Below are positions 30,451 to 42,300 of a DNA stretch of 64,000 nucleotides, piece after piece. Each line of letters opens with the position of its first letter. The stretch's first letter is position 1. Source of the DNA: Chlorokybus atmophyticus (taxonomy: Eukaryota; Plantae; Mesostigma and Chlorokybus algae); the NCBI GenBank assembly GCA_009103225.1, contig RHPI01003124.1, positions 1-64,000 on the forward strand. The letters run 5' to 3'. The notes beneath the pieces are model-generated. The model made no database searches. It had not been told where the DNA came from and saw nothing but the letters and a program-made list of their open reading frames with translations. A program made the translations under genes and the position numbers.

Positions 30451-32107
30451 ATGGCGGGGGGGGCGGACGAGGGCGGTGAGGCTGGCGGCGCGGGCGCTAA
30501 GAGAATGCGTGTGGAGTCTTTGGGATGGTTGACCGAGAGCGCCGTGCAGCCGAAGAAGGGCAAAGCCATCGATGGCGTGGGCGCTGCCTCGCTTGTGGAC
30601 CTCAAGGCTCAACTGTACAAGACTCAGGCAAGAGCTGCATGAGCCTCCTTCAAGTTAAACTTGGGTTGCTGTTTCGTTGAGTCTCTGTGAAAATGTCCAA
30701 TCAGCAATATTCAGGTTGATCATCACATGCCCTTGACACGTTGCTTTGTGGTGGCGCTATCAGGTTAAGGGTTACAGTGACGGTGAAGTTGCTGTGGCAT
30801 GCACTTGTCATTGGATCGGCAACAGGAAATGCCTCAGCATATCACTTTGTTTTCTCTTGATGAACATTACGCGTGGTACTGTTAGTTTCAGTTCACATGT
30901 TGCTGCTTAGGTTTGCAGAGGGTCAGACTGTCAGACGCTGCTAAGCACGCACAACCCTGATTGCAATCTACCCCTAAACCACTCTTTGGATCTGCAGGAG
31001 GAGGTTCGTCGCCATAAAGACGGCCTGCCAGATGCTGCAGATGGCCCTATACGCAAGGTTGGTGTATGTTTGGACGTTGCACTTGTTTCAATACGTGTAT
31101 CTGATGCTCCATGCTGATCCATTGCTCGAGTGTGCTCGCATGTAAGGACTTGCAGAGCACTTGCGTAGTCTTGCATGTGTTGCCAAGCCGTAGTAGGTTG
31201 CTCAGTGTCTCTTGCATGCATGCCAGCCAAGCACGCTGATACTGTCTGTTGCAGAAAGGAGGCATTGAGCTGGCACGCAACTCTGGCGTCGAGGAAAGAG
31301 ACAAAAAGGACAAGCTTGCTTTAAAGAGCTCCGATCCAACGTCACAGTGTTATGCTGCACTTGAGCGCAAAGCAGCCCTTTACGACAAGTTAGGTGAGTT
31401 GCAAACAATCTGCAAACAAAGCATGCTCAACTCAAGCCATTGCTTAATTATCGCTCCCCACAGTAAAATGTAGCTTGCTGGCTGTCGCTCAACGTTAAGA
31501 CAATGTACAGTGCGAGGTGAAGCACCGGATGATGAAGAAGTGTACAACGTGGACTTCTTGAGCAAGGGACTTCTGGTCGAGGACACAAGATCAGATGAGG
31601 AAACACCTGTTGCGAACAGTGCCAGTTTTCATTGGGACTACAATGCACCTGAGCCCCGCCGCGACACTGGCAGACACGAACAGTCGCCAGCCACCCAGCA
31701 TGAAGATGAACAGCGCATCCAGACAGGTGCGCAATGACCTTCATGTGGAAAAGGTCCAGTTAAGCGTGCATTGTGTGGAATTGTTGTCCTGACTCCTGTT
31801 TTGGGAGCGCAGAGAAAGTAGAAGAGGAGCGCCGCAGGAAACAACGCGAAGTCATTACTGACGTCAGTGTGTAGATTATTAGTACCATGTTGGTTACCAT
31901 AAAGTGGACTTAGTGCTGACATCAGCTGTGTTGCAGTTGGCTCAGCATACAAAGGCTGGTCGAGAACGCGCTGCGTTGCTAAAGCAGAAAAGGCAGGAGC
32001 AAGGAGAGAAAAACCGCCAAAAGCTTCGAGCTCAGTTTTTGGCTAAGCAGGCAAAGCTAATCAACAACAAAGCATCTTCTGTGGCCACCTCGCTCCCGAC
32101 ATCTTGA
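30451..32107 (+). CDS. CCDC174: CCDC174/At4g18257-like (DUF4078-type) coiled-coil protein, about 6 exons
   Basis: VESLGWLTESAVQPKKGKAIDGVGAASLVDLKAQLYKTQ, YAALERKAALYDKL, YNVDF and a C-terminal R/K/Q coiled coil match the recalled plant family. Confidence 0.8.
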
Positions 32108-33229
32108 CTGTTCTGTCTCACCATGTGAGCGGACCTTTCCGTGGTGCAGGTTTCTACCTGCATCTGCATATGTCCTACTGTTGAGAGGTGGGCTCAACGC
32201 ATGGCACCACTACAACGTTGTCAACCCCGTGCCAGATTGCCTTGTTGTGTCCCACAGTGTGCAACGAGGTGAGATTACACTGTCCAGGTGTTCAAGTCAT
32301 CTGCCAGCTGCATATCATATCATCATGATTCACATGCACATACCCACAGGCCTAAAGGTGAGGACCAACAAACAGCTGCTTGAGTGAGTCAACGGCGCCT
32401 CTTCAACCAAGTTGAATGCATTGAGGATGCGGGCTCGTAATTGATCTGCTTGAGATAACAGAGGCTTCAAGCTGCCCGCACCACTGCAGCATGCTGGCTC
32501 CGTGCCAAGCACTGACGGTTATGCGCTGCAGTTGAAGGCAACAATGTTGCACTCCTACAATGTTGCGATCAGCGGATGGAATTGTCATGCAGCAAACCGC
32601 AGTGTACAATACTAGCAAGTTGTGTCTTTCACAACTAGATGTGTTCAGGAAGATGCAGCAGGCTGTTGCAAAAAGGTGCTGGCACCGGGCATCCACATGG
32701 ATATGTAACCCAGGTTTGGTGATGTACATACCCTTTTTTGGGATGTTGATAGATTGGAAAAAGATGTTGATTGTAGTCTGCAGCTTCGAGATTGCGGCTG
32801 GAACTGTTATTATGCATTGGACGTAATCTGTGATCTGTGTCTTGTTATATAGGTAAAACCATTACTCCAAAAGATTAAACATTGAAATATACAACCATTG
32901 TTGTATCGAACTCAAGCACCGTAACGGGTTGAATACAATCTACAGTGTGGTTGTTTGATGCATGTGCAACTTGTATGTGCGGCCGCATAATGAGGGTTAT
33001 ATAAAGGCTTAGCTGGCGCAACTTTTGAAAACCAGACCCTGTTTCGTTAACGGAAAATCTCTCTTCGATTCCAAGTTGCCGCTATAGCAGTCCATGACAA
33101 ATATGCATAGTGGATGGTGTGACATCAGCCTGTTGGCATGCTACCAGGCACCAAACTTGGGCCAATGTACCAAATTGCAACTTTACAATATTACAATGTA
33201 ATGAAGGCTGAAAAGTGTGGAATTCTTAT

Positions 33230-33230
<1 letters not shown>

Positions 33231-33290
<60 letters not shown>
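33231..33290. repeat. (CA)n microsatellite (a second at ~33678-33707)
   Basis: Direct observation. Confidence 0.95.
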
Positions 33291-33291
<1 letters not shown>

Positions 33292-33677
33292 ACTGCGACA
33301 GGAAGTGCGGCGTGCTGTGCATATGCATGCTGCGCGCCGATGGGCGCAAACCCTAACGACGCAGTCGCGTTGAGCAAGGACGACGACTGTCGTGGGTGAC
33401 GGCGGTGATGTGGGCGGAGGAGGGGGAGTCCGTTGAGTCAGCTGACGCTGCTGCTGCTGCCTGCTGGATGATGGAGCCGCTAACCAACGGCCGTGGTGCA
33501 GGTGATGCACGTGCATGCATGCTTGTCTAACGGGGTTTGGGCTAGTAGTGAAATTAGGTAGGTAGTAAGTAGGAAGAGCACCCGGTGGTGAATGTAAGTG
33601 TTGTGTGCTGTTGTGTGTGGTGTGCAATGCATGCCTCACATTGTGATACATGCCACAATCTCTGCATCCTATATATT

Positions 33678-33709
<32 letters not shown>

Positions 33710-36700
33710 CAATGCATATATATGAATGTAATGGATGTTTGTTGACCATTTTGCGTAACATCAAGCCGTGAATGTTTATTGAAAACCAAAATGATACTGA
33801 CAGCATATGACTGATACTGGTGCATGCTCTTTGATCGATTATGAACAAGTACATCATGCATTGCTGGCCCCGTGGCTGTTACAAGACCTTAACGCATGCA
33901 ATTGTGAGTAGTTTGCGCTAGGTAGCTCCCGAAAACAAGGCTGTTAAGGCTTTGTTAGGGTGCATTAAGGGACTGTTGTGCAGTGTTTTGCCTAGTGTAA
34001 TCCGTTATAACTAGGTTATGACGGCGTATCTGCCACGGGCCCCGAAAAGGAAGTTGTCAACCATCATGTATGTGACCCGTGCATGCTGTAAACGGCATGC
34101 AAATGCAAACATTTCATTTACAATGACCTAAAATTTCCGGATAGGTGTAAACCTTATAGTGTAGTTTGTGGGCATAACTACATCTGTGAGTGTTAGATGG
34201 CTAAAGGCTATTAAAATGGTATGCTTGCAAATTTTATCTTTTAAGGTGGTACATTTGCAATGATACTTTGTGTTTACATCATTGTCATTGTAGGAAAACC
34301 ATGAGTATAATAAACCATCAAAGTTTCATTGGCCCAAACTGTAAGGATTTTGACGACTGGCAGCGTGCCAACAATCATATATAATATTTTAAGAATGCAT
34401 AAATGGGCACAACAGCTTTGAAGCACATCAGCAACAAACCTCTAGTTAAGCAAGGCCCTGAGAGCAACATGACGACATTTATGCACCTAACTTGCATTTT
34501 CCGCCGCCTTCTCCATAGCCTAGCTCACCGTATTCAACACCTTGACCTCAACCAATGGTCAAGGTGTTGTGTATGTGCAGCCGCATACAACGCTTCGAAA
34601 TGACTTATGAAGCGCATGTTCCACCCGTTATGATCCATGCACGGCTGAGGTTGCCGCAGGCAAAAATATGGGGTATATGACTTTTGTTTTGTCCGTACTA
34701 TGTAGATATGCCTTCTGCGCTCTGCAGGTTGTTCCCCTTTAATATCGTCTGGTAATTACCATCACTATGCCTTGTTGCTGCTTGAGGGTCTGTCATTGAT
34801 CTCTGTTGTAAAGTTTAGCGTGACTTACGCTTACAGAAATTAAGTTACTATAAGCTTCAAAGCTCTGCCGCAAAGGCTTGACCTCTTGCTTAATGTGTGC
34901 CTTTGTTTGTACACGTGTGCCTTGTACATGTAATATGTACCTTGTGCATGTGTGCCTTTGCATGTACACGTAAATCCTTGCATACAAAAAGTGCCAGATT
35001 AGCACACATCTTCTGAGATTACTTCATGAAACTCTTGCAATTGCAATTGTGCGGGCTATGTAGGCGCTAACCATCATCATGATGATCATAAACGAAGTGC
35101 TGCGACTGCTGGCGTGTGGTCACCACCCTACGGTAAGGTGGGCTCCGGCCTGCAGACCCACATATGATAGAGGCGGATGCTGCGATGGCATTTGCGTGAG
35201 GAGTGCTTGTCATTGTAACGACAATGTACGCTCATGGCGATATGCTAATATGCATTGAAGACTCTGTTGAACCGTTCGTTGGTTAGGCCTGTGTGTGTGT
35301 GGTGCTGGTACCTCAGGTATACGTAAGTTACCTTACAGGTAAGTTAATTTATCTTGAAGGTGAGTTACCCTACATTGTCCAACAGTTGGATACGCGATAG
35401 CAATGCGTCCAGATATGTATGTATGAATTGTTCGATGTGCCCAATGCAAAGGCAAAGTTATTAACAGCGCAACACACAGCCGGAGGCACAGCCAAGCAAG
35501 CAGGTTGGCATGCGCATGTCTTAAAGCAGGGGCACAGCAATTGATATCGCAGTATATATGTAGTGATGTGGGCAACTAAGCAGCTTCACGCACGACTAAG
35601 CAGCTTGACGCACGACTGCATGCCACAGCATGCCACAGCATGCCTGCCCTGGTTCAGCTTATGCCTGACCATGGCGCTGTGGTCTTCATGTGGATTGGTT
35701 TCTAGTTTGTGGACCCTTCTGCCTCCTTATTACGATAGCCCTTAAGTGGGGGCTTAAATAACCATAAATCCAAAGAAAATCTTGACATGTAGGCATCGTT
35801 TGCTTACATGGTCTAGTGGAAATGCTCGTCGTAACACTCTTGCCATACTCTTCGAAAGCAATAAGTAGCTCATGCAACACATCATGCTTGTAGTCCAGCT
35901 CTCCTGCAGGGTTGGCCACCTGCATGTGCAATATTGTGTGTTGCATGCTCACGCTTGCTAACATGCACGTTAGCTCTTTTGTACACATAGCGACCATATT
36001 CAGTTCCCGGTTTCATATAACTACACTTACCCAAGAGATGCTTTGTATTCCATCTCAAGCTGTTGGGTATATATCTTTGTCACTTCAACGCGCAAGGTTT
36101 GGGTTGGCCCCATTCTCCATTGCTTCCTTCCTCCTTACCATGACCGCTTGCTCCTTGGTTAGCTCTGATTTCAGCTGCTTCATTTGACGACTGCCTCCGG
36201 CAATGCCATGCTTGTTCATCTTCTCCTTAAAGTCCATCTGCACGACGATCCAAAGCCCCTGTTTTACGAATTTTGTCGCCAGCTTTTGCACATGCTACAT
36301 GATCTCAATGGATGGCGGATGTGTCTTGAGACTGCATGCGAACAGCCTTTGAGCGACGCCTGCAACGGACACAACCTGCCGTAGCACCCAAAACCTTAAT
36401 AGCACGAGACGTATATAAACAATGTGTTTACTTTGCGGTTGCAAAGTTTCCTTAAGTTAAATCGACTACAGGTTGGTATGTAGTGCATATGACATGTTTT
36501 AATGGAGCTTGTCAAGCCTGGCATGGCATGTAAGGCTTGGATGATGCAATCAAAATCGAGATGTACCCCTTCTTACACAATTTTTACTTTAATTTAATAT
36601 TTGATTCAAATATTTACATTATTTGTTCGAGTCAGATGTTTGTGATGATCACTATAGTAACATAATGTGTAGGTCACAAGTTTTTTTACTCCCAAATCTA

Positions 36701-38037
36701 GTACACCACTTACACCGCAACACTACCTCTGAGTGATCATATCAAAGCACAATGTAATGATTAAACATTGCAATAATGGTATTATATTTCTAGGTACCTG
36801 TGTTGCATATTATAACGTACATAAATTGTCATCGCATGTCATGTGCACATAAAAAGTGCAGACTAATTGCGCGCGATGCTTGAGTACAACTAATACACGG
36901 CAGCGTTCATTACGTATTGGCCTAAAAGTGTTATCTTATTGCTACGCTATGTACACACCGACAGCACCTTGCATTTATGCACCTTACATGCATCATTTCG
37001 GAATTGAATGAAACAGACAGGCAGCTATGTAACGGTATTAATTGCAACGCCCTGTGAACACCTAAGTCACTCACCGTCTTTGCTAAGATGACTATATGCC
37101 TACATCGCCGCTAAACCAAGGCTTAGCGGCTTTACCGTAAAAACGCAATTTATATCGCTGCCAAGGCAGCGCTGTACTGAAAATTGTGTAACACATGCAT
37201 TCTCGCTGTCACATCCAAGCCGTCATATCCGCCAACCAAAACTGCCAAAAAGTTGCGACGACGGCGGCAACGACCGGGCGAGGGCCGTTGCTGGCGTTGC
37301 TCATTCTGGCAGCCTGTAGCATAGGTCTCGCTTTACAAAAGGTTGGCTCTTAGATACTGCTTGTCCACGCCGTCCTTCGCTTCCATTGCCTTCTTTCTAT
37401 AGGCTTGTCTTGCTTGGCCTGGTTGAAGTTCGCTCGGCATGGGTATGGTGGCGCTATATAGAGGTGGTATGTGTCTCATGCTCTAGCTGTGGAGCGTTTA
37501 CCCTCATCCTTTAGTGCTTTCCTCTTTGCGATTCTTTTCTTCCTCTTCCATGCCCCCTTCTTTTTCGTCCGGAGCTAAACTCGATACTCCTAGTAAGTGG
37601 ACGCTATGAGCTTGTCTTGCTTTATAATGTTAAAGTCCTCTGGGCATGAATAGACATTTCTGAGGGCGAATGCCTCCCTCTGCTTGTCACGCTCCCGCAT
37701 GTGCTTGGTGCCGGGGCTGTTCAACCTTCAACCCAAAACGCTAAGAGGTTTGTCATTTTAATCATCATATGTAAGGATCAACACAATTACATGTCAACTT
37801 AAATACCACGTCACGTCAACTTAACGATTCTATGAGTAAAAAACATTATATTGTGGAAGACTTGTTTTCTTGATTATGGAAGAATGGCTCCATCTGCTTG
37901 TTGATACTTTTAATAGACGCTAGCAGCGTCTGGCGAACCCACCATCGATATCAATTGTGCACATACATCTAAGGTTTTTTAAATTGGATGTTGCGACACC
38001 ATGTCGGATGACCTGTCCACCTGACATTCATGTTGCC

Positions 38038-38532
38038 ATAACATGGTTATTGGGCATATCAAATGGCATGTGGCTCCCCTTATGCAGCGACATTTGCTGC
38101 CATGGCCTAGTGATTAAGGCGCCAATATTAGAGTAACAACAGAGCTGTGACTCAGTTACAAATCGCATGGGAACAAGAATTTGCAGTGGCCGTGATATCA
38201 ACCGAAGGCGAACATTGGCAAATTAATCATCGAAAGAACCGCGCGGGCTTGCAACCCGTCGGAGCGGTATAATTCATGACCTCCGCCCATCAGCAGTCGC
38301 CGGCTTGTCCAATGATTGCAAATGGGTGCGCAGTAATGAGGGTCCGGTCCCAAGAGGATGAAAATCAGCTGCGTTGAGCTCGATAGGTGACGTGAATGAC
38401 CTAGCACTAGCTACGGGTGTTATTATTCGAAATGAGCTAGGAAGATTGTTATTGTTATAACATGGTTAGGAGACATGTTAAATGGCATGTGGCTCCTCCT
38501 ATGGCAGCATTTTTTCTGCCGTGGCCCATGTG
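38038..38532. repeat. Degenerate ~75-bp direct repeat pair (38038-38112 and 38457-38532)
   Basis: Both copies share ATAACATGGTTA...AAATGGCATGTGGCTCC...CTGCCRTGGCC. Confidence 0.6.
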
Positions 38533-39361
38533 GGGTGTAACGCGTCGATGTTACACACGTTCGCTGGAGTCATCGTTAGCTGGGCATATTCATTGGCCAT
38601 GGTCGGATAGTGCAAACTACTTATTTTGAGTACTTTTGCGGGAGCTGCTCCTTGAATGTTGGTGGCGCAAACCCTTTTTAAGTCTTGTGCGATTCGTCAC
38701 AGCGCATATGCTAGAGCTGTCAAATTGATGTCAATTGTAATTAGATGGAAGGCATGCACATGTAATGGTTGATATGGTTGTTTTGCATACTGCTCACTTC
38801 GGGTTCTCTTCTGCAACTGCTTCCATACGGTGGACTTGGCAGCAACGATTTTCAATTGACCCAAAGCGGTAACAATACTTCACTGGGTATAGCCTTTCCC
38901 TGCACAGCAAATTAATAAGGTAAGCTTAGACAGCACAATGGCATTCAACAGCTCGTGCATAGTGGCAGTACACAGGCGCACTTTGGCTATGGTGGGGCTT
39001 GAGCAAAAGGGGTGCGTCGCCAGGCTACTCTGCTCCGTTGAGCCTCTGCCTCTGGATCCGTAAGTCAACTGCGCAATGCTTTCAACAACTGGGCCTTGCT
39101 CAACCTTTGAATCCTGCAAGTTTACACTCTGCTAGCAACTCATTCTACACCAACTTGTGGTACTTGTCCTTCATACTCGACTAATCCATGCTAACCATCC
39201 GTGCATTCACGTGGCTGCAACAGGTGATGTCATGATTGCTGTTCAGCTGACATGACCAACTTGCAACTGTTCAGCTTATCTCCCCAACTTGCAATTGCTC
39301 AGTTGACATGACCGACTTGAAATTTGCAACTTATCAGCTGACCTGCCAACCGCTGTTCAGC

Positions 39362-42300
39362 TCAACAGGAACACTTGGGTTGCCCTGCCAGCATTGCGCA
39401 GTGACCACTGCTTCTTAGCTGCCCAGTGGCCGAGGACTTCCATGCGCCATGCCCCAATGCGCCGCCCCCCCCCTGCTGACGCTGCTGACTCTGCCGAGGC
39501 ACTGCTGGAGACGCTCGTGTGACACTGCTGGATATTGTAAGCTTAGTTGCTTCTTCATGCATTTTACCTTGGTTGCCTGTGAACATAGTCCTCCTTCTTG
39601 TCTTCTCCTGTTGGCGTAAGGCTGGTATGACGTGCCTGACCAGTGGCTGGAGAGGGAGCGGCGGTCAGGTTGCTGGCGGCGGCAGTGATACTGCTACATT
39701 GCTGCTGCTGCTGCTGCTATGGATATGTACTGCCTGAATGCTTGAACATGTGGTAGTTGGTGGGCAGGCAACCGCATGCAGTAGGCGGTCTGCAGCTGAC
39801 TTGATGTTGGCGCAGCAGCTGATGGAGGATATGGACTCAACCCGCGATGTTGGCACTTGCGTGTGTGCGTTGTGTTGTGAGTGTGCTTTGTGTGAGGTTA
39901 GTAATGGTGGCAGCACTGAGAGCCCAACTTCTGCACGTGGTTTGTAATAGAGAGTCCTCTTGGCAACTGCGGTAGACCCGACCTGCATCCATTTGACGCC
40001 CATGTAGTACATATTTTCATATAGACATCAACGGAGTCGTGTATTATGGATATAATAGCAGCTTGCTTTATTTGGGTCTTATCTATGTACAATGGCTATT
40101 ACCTTCAAGCAGCCCGTTTATTGCTAGCCTTGCTATCCACAACTTTGGCCTCGTTCTTCCCACTCTTCTTGAACGATTTGTGCGCCTGCAACAGAGAAGG
40201 TGTCCGGGCAATACAATCAGAAGCAAAAGCAGCCCCCAAAAGCATGCGCAAGAGATTCACAATGCTTACTCTGGAATGTGACATGGCCAGCCTTCTCAAC
40301 TCTTTCGTAGTATCGGCAACACTTTCCTCGTCATAGACGGTGGCCTCTTTTTGCAGCCTCACAACCTGTGCAAAAGCAATGTTCTAAGCGTGCAATTGTG
40401 TGTGTGTTTGTTTGTGAACCAATGCAGCGGCACCGACCTCCTCCGGCATCATCATGTCATCAATGGTCATTTTCCTCTTGTGATGCAACAAGCCCTGCAC
40501 AGCACGTGCGGCCTCGCGATTGGCCGTCAACGGCTCAGGTATATCCGCAGACAGCACCTGCTGTAAGCAAACTGATTAGTTCAACATCTGTCACCATTGG
40601 GTTGACCTACAGGTGTGTTGTGTGGCACCTGTTGATGCGAGTAGGCGTCAAGCATGACACCAACAATGGCGTTGAGCAGCAGGAGCTGCGCAAGGTAGCA
40701 GAAGGTGATGAAATACCATGCCGCAAAGCGATGCACGCTCTGGCCTGTTACCAAAATGTTCCACCAGTTGTTGCCTTGTATCACCTGCCATGGGGCAACG
40801 CCGTGACACACATCAAACGGTGCGGACACACTTGCACACGCATCCACGCACACAAAAGTATCCATTCAACACTCCAGTCAACACCCAAATGAGCACAACC
40901 GTACACCCTTCCCCGACATCCATGTGCGCACACACGCAACTCATGCTGCCGCACCTGGAACAATGTAAGCAACGAACCCCACATGGAGTCAAAGTTCTCA
41001 ACGGGATAGGTCGGTTGCGTTGCGAACGCCGGAGCATTGGCAAATATGCGCGTGCCTATTGCTGCATAAATGTAGGTAACACCAAAAATCAACACGGCAA
41101 ATGAAGCCATCTGCCTCAGAACCTGCGTTCGACACACAGTTGACGTGCAAGCCACATGACCTTCACTCAGTGCAGGTTTCATGCAACCAACTTGCACTTA
41201 CCCTCACAAACATGCCCATCATGATGGGAAACTGGTCGTAGAGTGCAAGGAGTCGGCATGTGCGTGACAGCAGAACAATGCGTGCTGCGCCAGCGGGCAC
41301 GACACTGTTGGGCAACGCGTAGAGAATTGTTGACAATAGTGTCGACATCAGGTCAAAGAGAAGCCAACCCTCCAAGTGTACTTGTGGAAATCCCCGCATG
41401 AAAGAGTTTACCATAAAGTCCACCCAGTACATGCACAAAAATACCTGCGATGCATTGCATGAGAACCAGGACTGGGAGTGCGATCGGTGTACAGTGGTGT
41501 CAGTGCCCTTACCGGTATGGCAATGGAGAGTACGTTATCACTGTAAGAGCGTGTATCGTACCCAACCAAAGCGAACATTACAAACTGTACAACCAATGTG
41601 ATTGACACGATATGTTTGAAAAGGGTCTTCTCCACCAGCCACCTATAACACCATAACACGTGACTTCAAAGCAGCTCAATACAATTTAGTACTGTATATT
41701 TCTTGCACCTGCACTCAACTGTTGAAGGTGTGCGACAACAGGCCTTACCTGCAGCGGCCCTGCCAGGCGCTGACTGCCAGCCATGAAGGCACCAGTCTTC
41801 GTGTCAGGAAGTTTCCGATGCGGTGTGCACGCATGAGGGGAGAGGAGCCTGCACGCATGAAAGCCGTATGTGCGATGCTTCAAGTGTGTGCAAACAGGCC
41901 GCCAATTGCAAGCTGCCTGCCGTACCTGCTGTGGACAGAACGTCCGCAACTCGAATGAACTCAAAAGCATCGAGGCGGCCTGAACCGTCTTTGTCCAGCG
42001 CATTAAACCAAGCTGTTACCTGCGCAGGAGGATAACAAATCATTGCACACTCTACACACTATGCTTGCAACAGCTTCCGGCTGCAACTGCTATGGCAAAC
42101 TGTTGAGTGGATGGTTGCACACGCGCTCACACACAAACAACCAAACAGTCAACACCAACCAACCAACCAACCAACCAACCAACCAACCAACAGACAGACA
42201 CAAACACACACAAACACAGACGCGCACGTGGAATGCCACAGTACCAACCTGCATGGGGGTTGCATGCGATGGTGACTCGGCAGCTTTCCTAACCAATGCT

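Noticed and set aside
32330-32512. Mariner-like C-terminal fragment (ADQLRARILNAF)
   Set aside because: Too short, with no WP..SPDLNP motif or TIR found.
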